From Okamejei kenojei (Eukaryota), in assembly GCA_035221665.1 (NCBI GenBank), contig CM069133.1:59582001-59646000 (forward strand): a stretch of 64,000 bases of DNA. Direction: 5' to 3'. Below, piece by piece: positions 12,149-24,610 of the stretch. Numbering within the stretch: the stretch's first letter is position 1; each line of letters starts with the position of its first letter. Under the pieces are notes generated by a model, which did no database searches, was not told the origin of the DNA, and was given only the letters and a program-made list of their open reading frames with translations. The translations under genes were made by a program, and so were the position numbers.

Positions 12149-13182
12149 AAGGTAGTAGTTTAATTGTCTTCTGTTAAATGTAAATTGCCGCTAATGTGTC
12201 GGCTAGCGTTAGGGTGCAGGGTGATCGGCACAGACTCAGTGAGCCAAAGGGCCTGTTTCCATGCTATAATTCTAAATTCTAATGTCTAAATATTAGCCAC
12301 CTCCTGTCCTGGTTGTCTGTTGCTTCCCTCATTCTGACACCATCCTATCTTTTCAAACATTGTAAGTGGTTAGAGGGCATATTTCATTAATTGCCTGAGC
12401 CCTTGTGCTCATCAATCTTTTTTTCTGCAATGATGTCTTCTCAACAAATTACAATGGATCTGTACAAGAACATTTATCTCATGTTGTCTTCCATTCTTTT
12501 TCATTGCTTGAAAACACACATTTTTATCAAGTAAACATTGTTAGTGAAATAATTACCTACCACATTAAGTGTTCAGAAGTTGAAGTGATCTTCCTTCCTA
12601 TCAGCCCTGCCTGTGACATCTTTCATTTCCATCTTTTTCTCGTGAAATATTCGGAGTCACACAGCCAAGTTTATCGTTGGGGTATAGTCAGAACACTCTT
12701 GGGTTTCATCGCTTCAGTGCATAGGTATCCATTGCAATTTTAAGAAATTAGGTGATTGTACTATAATAAAGTTTGAAAACTGCATCCCCATTTTGAAATT
12801 AGAAGCAAAAGAAGTTTCAATGCAGAAACAACATAAACATGTTCGTTGGTGCAGCTGACAGATGGTATAGATGTGCCCAAGGATAACGGTTTCTCTGAGC
12901 AGGCATGGTCATTAAAATAAAAAAGATTTGCAGCTGCATGTAAAGATGCAAGAGAAAATTAATAGGGAAACACAGCCATGATACTGTTAAACATGGGGGT
13001 GGGAGATACAGTATTTGCCTTTTTAAATGCGTGCACTAGTATTACTTATTCCATTCACTGGAATTTAGAAGGATGAGAGGGAATCTTATAGAAACAGAAT
13101 TCTTAAGGGATTGGACAGGCTAGATGCAGGAAAAATGGTCCCAATGTTGGAGGACTCCTGAACCAGGGGTCACAGTTTAAGA

Positions 13183-13374
13183 GTTAAAGAAAGAACTGCA
13201 GATGCTGGAAAATCGAGGGTACACAAAAAGCTGGAGATACACAGCGGGTGCAGCAGCATCTAAGGAGCGAAGGAGATAGGCAACATTTCGGGGCAAAACC
13301 CTTCTTCAGACTGATGGGAGGGGGCGGGGAAAAGAAATGAAAAAGGAGGAGGAGGAGCCCGAAGGCTGAGGGAG
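13183..13374 (-). mobile_element. Penelope-derived terminal fragment
   Basis: Closely similar to 11013-11190; AGTTTAAGA duplicated on both sides. Confidence 0.8.
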
Positions 13375-13513
13375 AGTTTAAGAATAAAGGTTAGGCCATT
13401 TAGAACTGAAATGAGGAAAAACTTCTTCATCCAGAGAGTTGTGAATCTGTGGAATTCTCTGCCACAGAAGACAGTGGACGCCAATTCACTGGATGTTTTC
13501 AAGAGAGGGTTAA

Positions 13514-13809
13514 GCCCCGTCCCACGATGCGAGTTTACCCAAGAGCTCGCCCGAGTTTAAAAAAAATCAAACTCGTGGTAAGTATGTAGTGGGTACGTCG
13601 TAGTGGGTACGTCGGACCTTGTGGATGTCTTGTTGCGGCTCGTAATGCTAACGGCAGGTACTCGGGAAACGCGGTAACTCATGAAGATTTTTCAACACTG
13701 TGAAATATGTCCAAAAGTAAAAGAATACTCGTGATGAAGTACCACGAGTTTGATTTGATTTTTTAATTCGGGAGAGCTCTTGGGTAAACTTGCATCGTGG
13801 GACATGGGC
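13514..13809. mobile_element. MITE with about 60 bp TIRs
   Basis: GCCCCGTCCCACGATGCGAGTTTACCCAAGAGCTC...AAACTCGTGGT versus ACCACGAGTTT...GAGCTCTTGGGTAAACTTGCATCGTGGGACATGGGC; TTAA on both sides. Confidence 0.9.
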
Positions 13810-13940
13810 TTAAGGTTAAGAGAGAGATAGCTCTTAGGGCTAAAGGAATAATGGATATGGGGTAAAAGCAGGAATAGGGTACTGATTTTCGATCATGGCA
13901 GGCTCGAAAGGCCAAACGGCCTACTCCTGCACCTATTTTT

Positions 13941-15220
13941 CTGTTGCCAATTTGTACCAATTGTGATCTGTTGTTGAGGAAACAGTTGCCAAGGAACGCA
14001 CAGAGCGTTGGTTCTCTTATCATGGTAACAAGTTTGAAAGGGATGATGGTATTGCATGCTGAGCGGTAGTCTATGAACAACAGCCTGACGTATGTGTTTT
14101 TTAGTGTCTGAGTGGTTGCTGCAGATTGGAGAGTCAGCGAGATTGCATCCTCTGTTGATCTATGGTGGAAGTAGGCAAATTGTAGTGTATCCAGGTTCTT
14201 GCAAAGGTAGGAGTTTATATGCACCATAACCAACCTCTCAAAGCACTTCATCATTAAGGAAGATAGTGCCACCGATTGGTAGTGACTAAGGTATGTTACT
14301 TTACACTTCAGATGCTTTTCGAGGTTTCACCCTACTGAAGAATCTTCTGATGTTGGCCCCAGTGACTGAGATTGTGATACCATATGGGAGTCGGGAAGGC
14401 ATGTCAGTGTTCTCCCTATCGTGGTCTACATAGAACGCAGTGAGCCCATCCAGAAGCGATGCCCTGCTATTGCTTGAGCTGCCCCTGGGTTTCGTCTTGT
14501 AGGAAGTGATAGTGTGCAACAGCTGCCAAATTCCCATCTCATCCTCCAGTTTAGAGCAAAAGTTCCATTTATCCTCTTTGATGGCCTTTTCGTGGGTGCA
14601 TTTGAACTTCTTATTTAAAGCCGCAACGCCAGACAGGAATTCCCGAGATCTGCCCTCAGAAGATTCAAACCTCCTGTTTTATCCAAGGCTTCTGGTTGGG
14701 GAACATTTGGATGGTTTCATGAGTACACACTCCTTCACATATATTTCCTTATAAAGTCTGCAACAACCATTGCGTATTGATTCAAGTCTGTTGCCGAGTC
14801 CTTGAACATTATGGTGGTTTAACAATGGTCATGATGGAGAGGTGGTTGGGTGGGATGTGCACGTTTGGTGGCTCTTGACTTGGTGAGGCATGTACAGCAG
14901 TGACAGGACGGGCTGAAAGGTCCACGCCAGGAATAGATAATTAATTGAACAGGCCTTCCTTTGTGCCCAAATAATTCTGCTGACTGCACCATGTTGCTCC
15001 GTTGAAAATATGCCCCAGATACTGTTTCATTATATTGATCCTGACTGGTCACATAAAAGAAAACTTATGCCCAGAAATCCTTCCCCAGTCACAATACCAA
15101 CATCAGTTGAAGCCGAGTACAACACTCAGATACGGCTATATCGGTAATTTAGCAAACCCAACCAAAAATAGATTTCTAGGCGACAGTACCTTCAATTGGA
15201 CAGTGCTGGTACGTTATATC
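13941..15220 (-). mobile_element. Decayed Rex1/Babar-type LINE fragment
   Basis: ORF 13763-14272: [31 protein letters not shown]; homologous to 35500-35950. Confidence 0.8.
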
Positions 15221-15424
15221 TAGTTTCAATTAAAAAAGATAATTTCAGAGGAATAGAAAGCAGGTATCAAGGCAGTGAAAGGGCAAGGATGGGATCAAAT
15301 TCCATCAGGAATAATTGACTATTGGCAGCAACACAGAGGGAATTTGAAGTACTGGTAAGTACTTCCCTAAAGCTGCTGATCTAGGTCCGTGGATCGTCCT
15401 GCTGACTTGTTCTCCTTTTAAGTA

Positions 15425-15722
15425 ACTTAATTTAGTTTGGTTTAGTTTAGGGATACAGCACGGAAACAGGCCCTTCGGCCACCGATTCCGCACTGACCAG
15501 CGATCCCTGTGCACTAACACTATCCTACACACTCTAGGGACAATTTATATTTATTCCAAGCCAATTAACCTACAAACCTCTACTTTGGAGTGTGGGAGGA
15601 AACCAAAGATCTTGGAGAAAACCCACACCGGTCAGGGAGAATGGACAGACAAGCACCCGTAGACAGGATCACACCCAAATCTCTGGCACTGTAAGGCAGT
15701 AGCTCTACTAGCTTGTGCCGCC
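15425..15722 (-). mobile_element. V-SINE (HE1-like)
   Basis: (TTTAG)n, GGAAACAGGCCCTTC and TTTGGAGTGTGGGAGGAAACC are the reverse complement of the SINE tail and core. Confidence 0.85.
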
Positions 15723-16819
15723 CTCTTGTATGTTTTACTAGCACATGCATTCTAATATTTGTTTTGAAATGTGAACAGAACATTAAAATTAAATTGTGCA
15801 ACAATATCTAATTAAAAATTATACAATAGCACTCAACATTTTTTGTATTTGTACCAAACAATCGGCCTTCCTACACTCTCAATTCAAAATCCATTTTATT
15901 ATTCAATGATACTTTTGTGAAAATGACATATTTTCTATCCCAGGAGTATCAAATCTGCTCCCTGTCCAAACTAACAGAATTTCTAGGCCATACCAATCTG
16001 GCAATTATAATAAACTGAGATGCCAGTGGCAGACGGGCTAAGGGCTGATCTCAACTGATAGCTGAGAGTTATGGAGTGTTTAATCCATAGTCTTAACATA
16101 GAATGTTGAGGCTTTCAGTTTTATTTTCATGGTTTCAGTAGCACCATTGCTTCAGATGACTTTATATCCCTCAGGATCCTAAGATTTATGTTCTTTCACC
16201 AACATTTAAATCAGCAATAGCATGGCATAAAGCTTATTACAGAGAACATCTGATATTTGTGGCTATGGAACAGTTCAGTGTCTGCATGTGACTTCTTCTG
16301 CCTACATACTGATAGGTAGGGAATTAGTTTTATATCATAAATTGGCTAAATTGTATAAAATAAATGAATGAGGAATATAGTCAAAATGTGTATGAAGAAA
16401 TAATTCCTTTATTCTCAGTTTGTGAAATAAAATCCACCACCTGCATTCTGTCAAAAACATTGGATCACAGAAGACAACTTTGTGGAAGTTTGATCTCAAT
16501 CGAACATTAGTCAACTTCTGATGCTTTTCACTGTATCCTGGTAATTGAGACAATAATAATACATATTCTCCACTTCCTTTTTATTCATTAAGAAAAAAAC
16601 AAGAAAATACCCAATTCATATCATTAGTTATGCATGTGTCGCAGGAGGATATGGCACCAAGCCCAGTTTAAGATTATTAGCAACTCGATGTACTGGAAAC
16701 ATATTGAAATTGACCCTCTTAATTGCAAACTTTCAACATAAATATAAACAATAATAAAAAAACCTCATATAATCAAATAGGTAAGTGCATTGGCAAATGG
16801 GTAGAGGTGTATAGAAATG

Positions 16820-18110
16820 AAGTTTGGTTTGGTTTATTATTGTCATGAATACCAAGATACAGTGAAAACCATTTGTTTGTGTGCCATCCAATCAAATCAG
16901 ATAATACTGTACATGAATACAATCAAGCCATACACAAGTGCAACAGGTTGAACGAAGATAAATATACCAGATTGCAGCATACTGTTTTTCAGCCTTGTAG
17001 CTTAACAATTCCAGAGGAAAAAGTCCAATGTCCACAATGAAGTCAGAAGATCAGCAAGATACCCTAGCTTATGGAATGACTATTCGGCAGTCTGATAGCA
17101 GAGAAGAAGAAGCTATTCCTCAATCTGGTGGCACTTCCTTCAATCGTTCATATCTTTTCTCAATGTGAGTAGGGAGAAGAGAGAATGAAAAGGCTACAGA
17201 AGGTTGTTGATTATGTTGGCTGCTTGTTCAAGGCAACGTGAAATGTTAAAGTTTGAAGGGTGAAATGTGAAGGTGGAGTCAGTGGTTCGCAACTTTCTAT
17301 AATTTCTGCCGGTTTTGGGCAGAGATGTTTGCAAACAAAACTGTAATGCAATCTGAGGGTACGCTTTCTATGGTGCATATACAAAAATTGGTAAGAATGA
17401 TTGGAGATATACCAAGGTCTTCTGAAAATGTAGAGGCTTTGTGTGCTTTTCGGCTGTAAGTTCAATGTAGTTTGTTCAGGATACATCGCTGGTAATATTT
17501 ATGCCTAAGAACTTGATGTTTTCTACCATTTCCAATTCTGTGCCATTGATGTTGATTGGGGCATGTCCCTGCTTCCTGAACTCAATTCATCTTCTTGACA
17601 TTGTAATTCCTTCATTGTGGGGAGAGTTTTGTCCTGACACCATGTTACTAAACTCTCCATCTCCTTCCTGTACTCCATCATTGTTTTGTTATGTGTCTGC
17701 TTAGGATGTATATAAAACTAACACATATTAGATGGAAAAAAAGAAAGATGCCTCCAGGCACAATCATGTTGGGATCAAAAACGGGAGTGATGTATTTCCA
17801 GGTCAAAAGTCACTGACCTCATTTACATAATTATATGCGCGAGTATGAGCATGCGCGAGTATGAGTACAGCTCCTATGCTCAAATTACACGGACATTGAT
17901 ACAATCATGTCATTGTCAAGATCAGACCCACTACATTGGTGTCAAGTGGAAACTTGTAGATAGACTTAGAGCAGAATTTGGCCACACAGCCGTGAGTGTA
18001 CAGAAAATATAGGAAGTGGCTGAGAATGGATCCTTGTGGGGCATCCATTGTTGATAATTATCATGAAGGATGTGTTGTCATCTCTCCCCTCTGATTCTGG
18101 TCTTTGAGAT
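16820..18110 (-). mobile_element. Old Rex1/Babar-like LINE 3' fragment containing a solo LTR
   Basis: Tail TTTGGTTTGGTTTATTATTGTCA; decayed similarity to the reverse complement of 36000-36950. Confidence 0.55.
17682..17903 (-). mobile_element. Solo LTR related to the Gypsy element at 39247-45612
   Basis: TG...CA ends; shares ATTTACATAATTATATGCGCGAGT..GAGCATG..CGAG.ATGAGTACAGCT with both LTRs; ATCAT TSD (17677-17681, 17904-17908). Confidence 0.9.
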
Positions 18111-19562
18111 TTATATGGCAGCAACTATATGAACCAGAACTGCTATATTCAGTATAGTTCACAATTGGATCAGAGGCAAAGATGTTTTATGATTGCATAC
18201 TTCTGTATTTTAATGTTTAAATTCTGATGCTTGGAAAGACTAGATAAGATCATCAATATATTTTTGCAATATTAAAATAATCTGAAACTAACTTTCCAAT
18301 GCTCACAGAAGAAGGGAAAATATTTTTTTGCGTGTGCTTGAATGTCTCATTGGAACGTGACTTCTGAGAACATAGTCAAGTTGATATTCATTGAGCTGTG
18401 AAATGTAGAACACAAAGGTGGCCATTTGGCCCATTGTGTCCATGCTGGTCAAAACAAGAGATATTGAGGCACATCTGAAACTATTGATAAACATCTGAAA
18501 CCGCTTTTGGATTGATATTAAAACAAGGGCACAGCTACAGTCTAAATTACAAGCCTTTCTTCCTTCCATTGGAACAATTTCAAATACTGCCTCTTTGAAC
18601 AAGGTTTTGGATACCTGCCCTAATATTTTCTCATGAGACTAGGTGTTACATTTTGCTTAATACTCTCCAGAGAACATTTTTTGAGCTTTCTCCATTTTCG
18701 CAAAACACTTGTAGGTCTGAAATGTCTGGCAGACCAATAAAATCTAAAACATCATCTGAGTAGCTGCTGGATCAGAAATATTTTAATTTTATTGTGCTTT
18801 TTTAGTGTTGAGTATATTTCAAATTTGAATTATTATGTATGTGATCAAATATTTATTCTGAATTTAAAATGCCTGGAAGAGCAAATGACCAGAGCTGTAC
18901 TAGGGACTTTGTAGTGAAGAGCAGCCAGATAACAGAGCCATGGAGTTAAACAGAAAGGTTGGCCAAGGATCAGAGGAATAGTATGCACTCAGGGATTAGG
19001 CCTGACAACTTGCAACTTGCCATTTGGAGTGTGTGGAAACTGGAAAGATTTAGAAGAAGGAATACCAATGAACTGAGGCAACAGGCGATGCTGGCTATTT
19101 TTTGAAGATTATTTTGAGCTATGACAATGTTGAAACTATTTGAACCAATGCAAAGTAGATTACTGGTGCTCGCTAAGGGGCCACACCTTCAAGAAAAACT
19201 CCACTGAGAGCTGCTGTAAAATGGTGTATTACATACTGTTCAGAGAAAATCTACGGATGAAGTAACGTAAGAGGAATTCATTCAGGGCCACACCTTTGTG
19301 TCCAGTTGAAGTGATGTGGGAATTCCACCGGGAGGCTGCTTTCTTCTTTTTTCCACGCCAAGCCATATGCACATCCCACTGATCAGAATTTCTAAATTTA
19401 TGCATGGCATATTAGCAAAAGCTGAAAAAGGAAGATGATTTGTAACTTCAAAGATTACTTGTTTTTATTGACTCTAGCCACAAGCCCAATGTTAATTTGT
19501 CTTTGCTGCATGTTATTCTAGACATTAATGAGAATCTCCATAGCAGCTTCCTTTTATGTTTA

Positions 19563-20965
19563 GGGTACACAAAATGCTGGAGAAACTCAGCGGGTGCAGC
19601 AGCATCTATGGAGCGAAGGAGATAGGTAACGTTTCTGGCCGAAACCCTTCTTCAGACTGAATGGGGGTGGGGGGAAGAAAGGAAAAAGGAGGAGAAGGAG
19701 CCCAAGGGCTGAGGGAGTAGTGGGAAGGGGAGGAGACAGCAAGGGTCAATAGAATTGAGAGAATTCAATGTTCATGCCAAGAGGATGCAGACTCACCAAG
19801 CGGAATATGAGGTACTGTTCCTCCAATTTGCGGTGTTGCTCACTTTGGCCATGGAGGAGGCCCAGGACCGAGAGGTCGGGTACGGAATGGGAGGGGGAGT
19901 TGAAGTGCTGAGCCACCGGGAGGTCGGGTTGGTTATTGCGGACTGAGCGGAGGTGTTTGGCAAAACGATTGCCAAGCCTCCGCTTGGTCTCACTGATAGA
20001 GATCAGCTGGCATCTAGAGCAGCGGATGCAATAGATGAGGTTGGAGGAGGTGCAGGTGAACCTCTGTCGGACTTGGAAGGACTGCTTGGGTCCTTGAAAG
20101 GAGTGGAGGGGGGAGATAAAGGGACAAGTGTAGCTTCTCTTGCAGTTGCAAGGGAAAGTGCTCGGGAAGGGGTGGAGCGGGAGGGAAGGGAAGAATTGAC
20201 AAGGGAGTTGCAGAGGTAGCGGTCTTTGCGGGGGGGAGATGGGAAGATGTGGCGAGTGGTGGGGTCACGTTTAAGGTGGCGAAACTGGCGGAGGACTATG
20301 CTTTGTATGTGCCGGCTGGTGGGGTAAAAGGTGTGGATCAAGGGGATTCTGCCCTTGTTGCGAGTGGGGGGGATGGGGAGAGAGGGCAGTGTTGCAGGGT
20401 ACGGAGGAGATCCTGGTGCGAGCCTCAACTATAGTGGGGGAGGTGAATCCCCGTTCTCTGAAGAATGAGGATATTTGTGATGCCCTGGTGTGGAATACCT
20501 CATCCTGAGAGCAGATGTGGCGTAGACGGAGGAATTGGGAATAGGGGATGGAGTCCTTACAGGAAGCAGGGTGGGGGGAAGAGTAGTCCTGGTAGCCGTG
20601 GGAGTCAGAGGCTCAGCACTTCAACCCCCCCCTCCCATTCCGTATCCGACCTCTCTGTCCTGGGCCTCCTCCACGGCCAGAGTGAGCAACACCGCAAATT
20701 GGAGGAACAGCACCTCATATTCTGCTTGAGGAGTCTGCATCCTCTTGGCATGAACATTGAATTCTCTCAATTCTGTTAACCCTTGCTGTCTCCTCCCCTT
20801 CCTACCTCTCTCTCGTCCCTCGGGCTCCTCCTTTTTCCTTTCTTCCCCCCGCTTCCCCCCACCCCCATCAGTCTGAAGAAGGGTTTTGGCCCGTAACGTC
20901 GCCTATGTCCTTCGCTCCATAGATGCTGCTGCACCTGCTGAGTTTCTCCAGCCTTTTGTGTGCCC
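19563..20965 (-). mobile_element. Penelope-like element fragment with inverted ends
   Basis: GIY-YIG region on the minus strand at about 19750-20480; inverted copy of the 3' end at 20610-20965; exact 14 bp TSD TCCTTTTATGTTTA (19549-19562, 20966-20979). Confidence 0.9.
19628..19655 (-). ncRNA. Hammerhead-like motif
   Basis: Reverse complement CTGAAGA-AGGGTTTCGGCCA-GAAACGTT; the partner at 20873-20900 (+) has GTAAC in place of GAAAC. Confidence 0.5.
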
Positions 20966-21651
20966 TCCTTTTATGTTTAACTGTGGCTCCATTGATAGCA
21001 TTGGTACATTTTAATTAAAAGGCTCTGTGAGTTCAAACTCTCCAAATGCAAGTCTACACTGACTTTCTGATGTTGTGACACAGGAGTACTACTTTGTTAG
21101 AGATGACATCTGTTCAATAATTAAATGGTTAATTAGTGGTATTACTTTAAAGAAGGAATATGAGTCTTCCCAGCTAATATTTATTCCTCAACTAACACCA
21201 CTGACAGATTATCTGGTCATATTGTTGTTTCAAAACTCGCTGTATCTAAATCGACTTCTAAATTTCCTATATTACAATAGCAACTACAATTCAATTACAG
21301 AGGTCAATTAACCTGTACACCTGTACATATTTGGATTCAGGAAGAAACCAGAACACCTAGAGGAAACGCGTAGTCACAGGGAGAACATGGAAACTCCACT
21401 TCGACAGGACCATTTCAGACCAATGAAAAATAGTAAGATTAAACGAGAACTTGCCAGTTTGAAGTTTGATTTTTATTTTATGAGGAGTTACGATGAGGGA
21501 TTACGTGAAGAAGCCCCGCCAGGCGCATGCGCGTCATACTTCAAAGCAGCGGCGTGAAAACACAGAAACTATAGTCAAAGAGATATAGTAAGACTCAGAA
21601 GACTAGAACTACGAGATGATCTTTGTGATTATGATGGCCGGGAGCGGAGGG

Positions 21652-21763
21652 CACATAATCCCTCATCGTAACTCCTCATAAGATAAAGATCAAACTTCAA
21701 ACTGGTAAGTTCTCATTTAATCTTACTATTTTACTTCTGAGTCACGTGAGTGACTATGTGAAG
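21652..21763. repeat. DIRS internal complementary region (ICR)
   Basis: 21652-21732 is the reverse complement of 21427-21507; 21729-21763 is the reverse complement of 26298-26332; the two halves join at TTTT. Confidence 0.92.
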
Positions 21764-21994
21764 ATTTCAAAGCTCTGTGATTTCATGCTGTAGATCCATA
21801 CATACGACACACTGCTTCAGTTGCCACAGTAGTGAATACATAATGTATTGAATATTGCTTCGAATTATCAAATAAACATTTTTAATAATAATAAACAAGA
21901 CAGTAATAATCCCTCTGTCCCAGGGGGAAATTACAAATTGTATTTAGAAAGAAAAGAAAGTCAAACCAAACCCAAAACAGCATCCCCAAAACCT

Positions 21995-22800
21995 TGCACT
22001 GTCAGGACAGGTTTATCATAGAATTTTGCGAAGGTTGCCTCTCTAGACCATCCTGCAGCCCCGAGGATTTGGTCTAGAGGCAGGTCCTGTGCCTTCGCTG
22101 TGGATGTTGATGCCGCCCTGGCGGAGCGAGAATTAAATGCAAAGCGACTTCTACCCAGCCATCCAAAACCATGTTTTAACCATCTAGAAAAGTTTTGACT
22201 GAAAACCTTTTTATGAGGTTTTTTTGATGCTGATGAGCCTAGCTGTCTCAGATCCTCGAGACATTAGTTTACCTTTGATAATGGACTCAAAACCGTTTGG
22301 GTCAACGGTGTATGCTATAATGTTTACTTCGGTTCCAGCCATCCCTTCTGCTTTAGTTTGATTAAATCATACCACATAAACGGTCATGTATCTACAGAAG
22401 AGTAAATGCTATCTAGTTCGTAGCTTTTGCAATGCAAGAACTCGTTGTGCTGATAAACAATGCCAAGATGAGCATACCACTTTAAGTGTTAACTTCTGGA
22501 AAGACAGTGATGTTAATTGCCCATATGCCAAAACAGGCGAGAACTATTCCAGCTAAGAAAGGTTTTTGTTAAAGATTCCTCTCAATGGATCGGGACACTA
22601 AAGATGAATCCTGATAGATGTTGTTCTGAAAACAAGCCCCTATATAGAAGGCAAAGCAGCTCCCCAACACTACATAATGCCACAGTTATAGCTCAAGTTT
22701 CATCAAAATGCAATGTAGCAAAACCCAATACATCGGTATGTCTTTGCAGTATAGATAGATATCGACTGCAAGCAAAGAACACTCCCATTTCTTCTATATA
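21995..22800 (-). pseudogene. DIRS tyrosine recombinase remnant
   Basis: Manual translation NSRSARAASTSTAKAQDLPLDQILGAAGWSREATFAKFYDKPV fits the YR C-terminal HSTR..GW..F..FY motif. Confidence 0.8.
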
Positions 22801-23029
22801 ACACACATATTTGATTTAGTTTTAGTGCTATCTCTCCGAAGCTGCAGTGACACATTCATTGGTCCTACTCGACATTCAAGCCCTTGGATTCCTTGGTCAG
22901 AACTCAGATTAACAGATAGATATGAACAATGTAACGGATACTTTCTCCTCTTTACTGGATGCACCAACAAATTAACTGCAGTAGGGACAGCCAAGTAATG
23001 GCTGAGTCTCATTCTCCTCGGAGCGCAAT

Positions 23030-23290
23030 GGGAACCATGGCTGAGTAGGGGGCCATCTGGACCAAACGCCTGATGGCAGAATCCCTTTATTTTTGTTGAG
23101 TGCATTGCCGAATGAGGCAGTTGGTGGGAAAATCGTAGAACCATATACGTCCCAAGTAGGCCGAGAATTAATTCCAACGCCAACATTCCTGGATCTGATT
23201 CCCCCCACAAAACGTATTTGGGAAATTGGGACCTGGCCTGGATACAAAGACAGATCAAATCTGGCAAACAAAACCATAGCGGCTGACAAT
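23030..23290 (-). pseudogene. DIRS methyltransferase-like domain remnant
   Basis: Motifs LFA.R, YVLWGESDP, IFPP and WPPTQPWF spread over shifted frames. Confidence 0.6.
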
Positions 23291-24106
23291 TCAATTTAAA
23301 AACATCAGATTTCCACCTATGTTGTCTTAAATTTCCGTGACGAGTGAGATGTCCTTTGTGTCTGCCTGGTAGGTCTCTATCATTTAGTGTGCTATACAGT
23401 GTACCTGTAGGTAAAGTGATAAGTGGACAGCGAGAAATTCGGAACACTAGACACTCACCACTCGATCACAATATGCAGGTTAACAGATTATCACATGATA
23501 CTGACCTTATTCCTCCCTGTGATTGATATAGGCAACAGCCCAGTATGGTTCCCCAACCGGCGCGAACATGTAAAGTCTTTCATGCGGAACAATAAGATTT
23601 TAATCCATATAATCCACCCAGCATTTCTAAGTAATTTATACCATTCCTTTGCAGGATAATCTCATGCACACTCATCTACCACCAAAAGCCAGACTCGCTG
23701 TCCGTGGCTCCCCATCCCAAAGCACTGACATCTGTTTATAAAACCATTGAAGGTTGTTGAACCAAAATGTTTTTGGTACTTTGTGCAATATTGATTATCC
23801 ACCATTATAATTTGGCGATGGCTTTGGCTGGCAACTGCACAGGTCTATAAAACTGACCTGCATGTTCTTTAAGTGCTTGTTCTCTAGCTTGTTGCAAATT
23901 TTGATAGTGCAAGGGTCCAAACTCAACTGCAGGGAAAGCCACCACCAATTTAACAATAACTGGCTACTTGCCTGATGGAGGGTTGTTGCTTTTCAGCGAG
24001 ACTGGTACAGACCACTGTGATTTCAACAGCCTTGGCCGTAAGCAAAGTCACTGTCATATCAACTGAATCAATTCAAACTCCATATAATCAATTTTTTGGG
24101 ATGGCT

Positions 24107-24610
24107 CTAGCTTGGATTTTGTTGGATGGACAAGAAACCTAACCTCTCAAACAGGTGTTTGGTTGCTGAAACCGACTCCTCGGCTGTTTTCTGAGTGTTG
24201 TTTATATTTAAAATATCGTCTAGATAAGCCATCACAATGTGATTCTTGGCACGAAGCAGCACTAGTACTGGTTTTAACAATTTCGTGAACAACCTAGGAA
24301 CTGAGGTTAACCTATTGGCCAATGCTTTAAATTGCCAGAGCTGTTCCATCCAACTAAACTTCAAGTATCTTCGGTACTGATGATGAATTGGTACTGAATT
24401 ATATGCATCTTTCAGATCTATGGTTGCCATATAACAACCTTCTGATAATAGCTGTTTAGCCGTATTGAAGGTGTCCATTTTAAAATGCCTGTACTGGACA
24501 TAGGAATTTAACCGGGTTAGATCCAGAATGACTCGACAACCACCATCTTTTTTTCTGTCTGGGGAATATATTGGACACAAATTGTTGAGGATGGTATGTC
24601 GTCCTCTCAA
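24107..24610 (-). pseudogene. DIRS reverse transcriptase fragment
   Basis: KKDGGCRVILDLTRLN, HFKMDT, IDLKDAY, PRLFTKLLKP, AYLDD. Confidence 0.9.

Larger units (their letters stand above)
10851..12290 (+). mobile_element. V-SINE (HE1-like) split by a Penelope-like insertion
   Basis: SINE head and core at 10851-11012; SINE resumes at 12149-12290 with the GGGCCTGTTTCC tail. Confidence 0.8.
13050..13940 (+). mobile_element. CR1 3' fragment with two nested insertions
   Basis: CTGGAATTTAGAAGGATGAG...GGCCTACTCCTGCACCTATT; interrupted at about 13183-13374 (PLE end) and 13514-13809 (MITE). Confidence 0.85.

Noticed and set aside
6150-12800. Short shared motif TTTGAAA(G)ACTGCATCCC..TTTT at about 6167 and 12772
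   Set aside because: Too short and in direct orientation; no element could be defined
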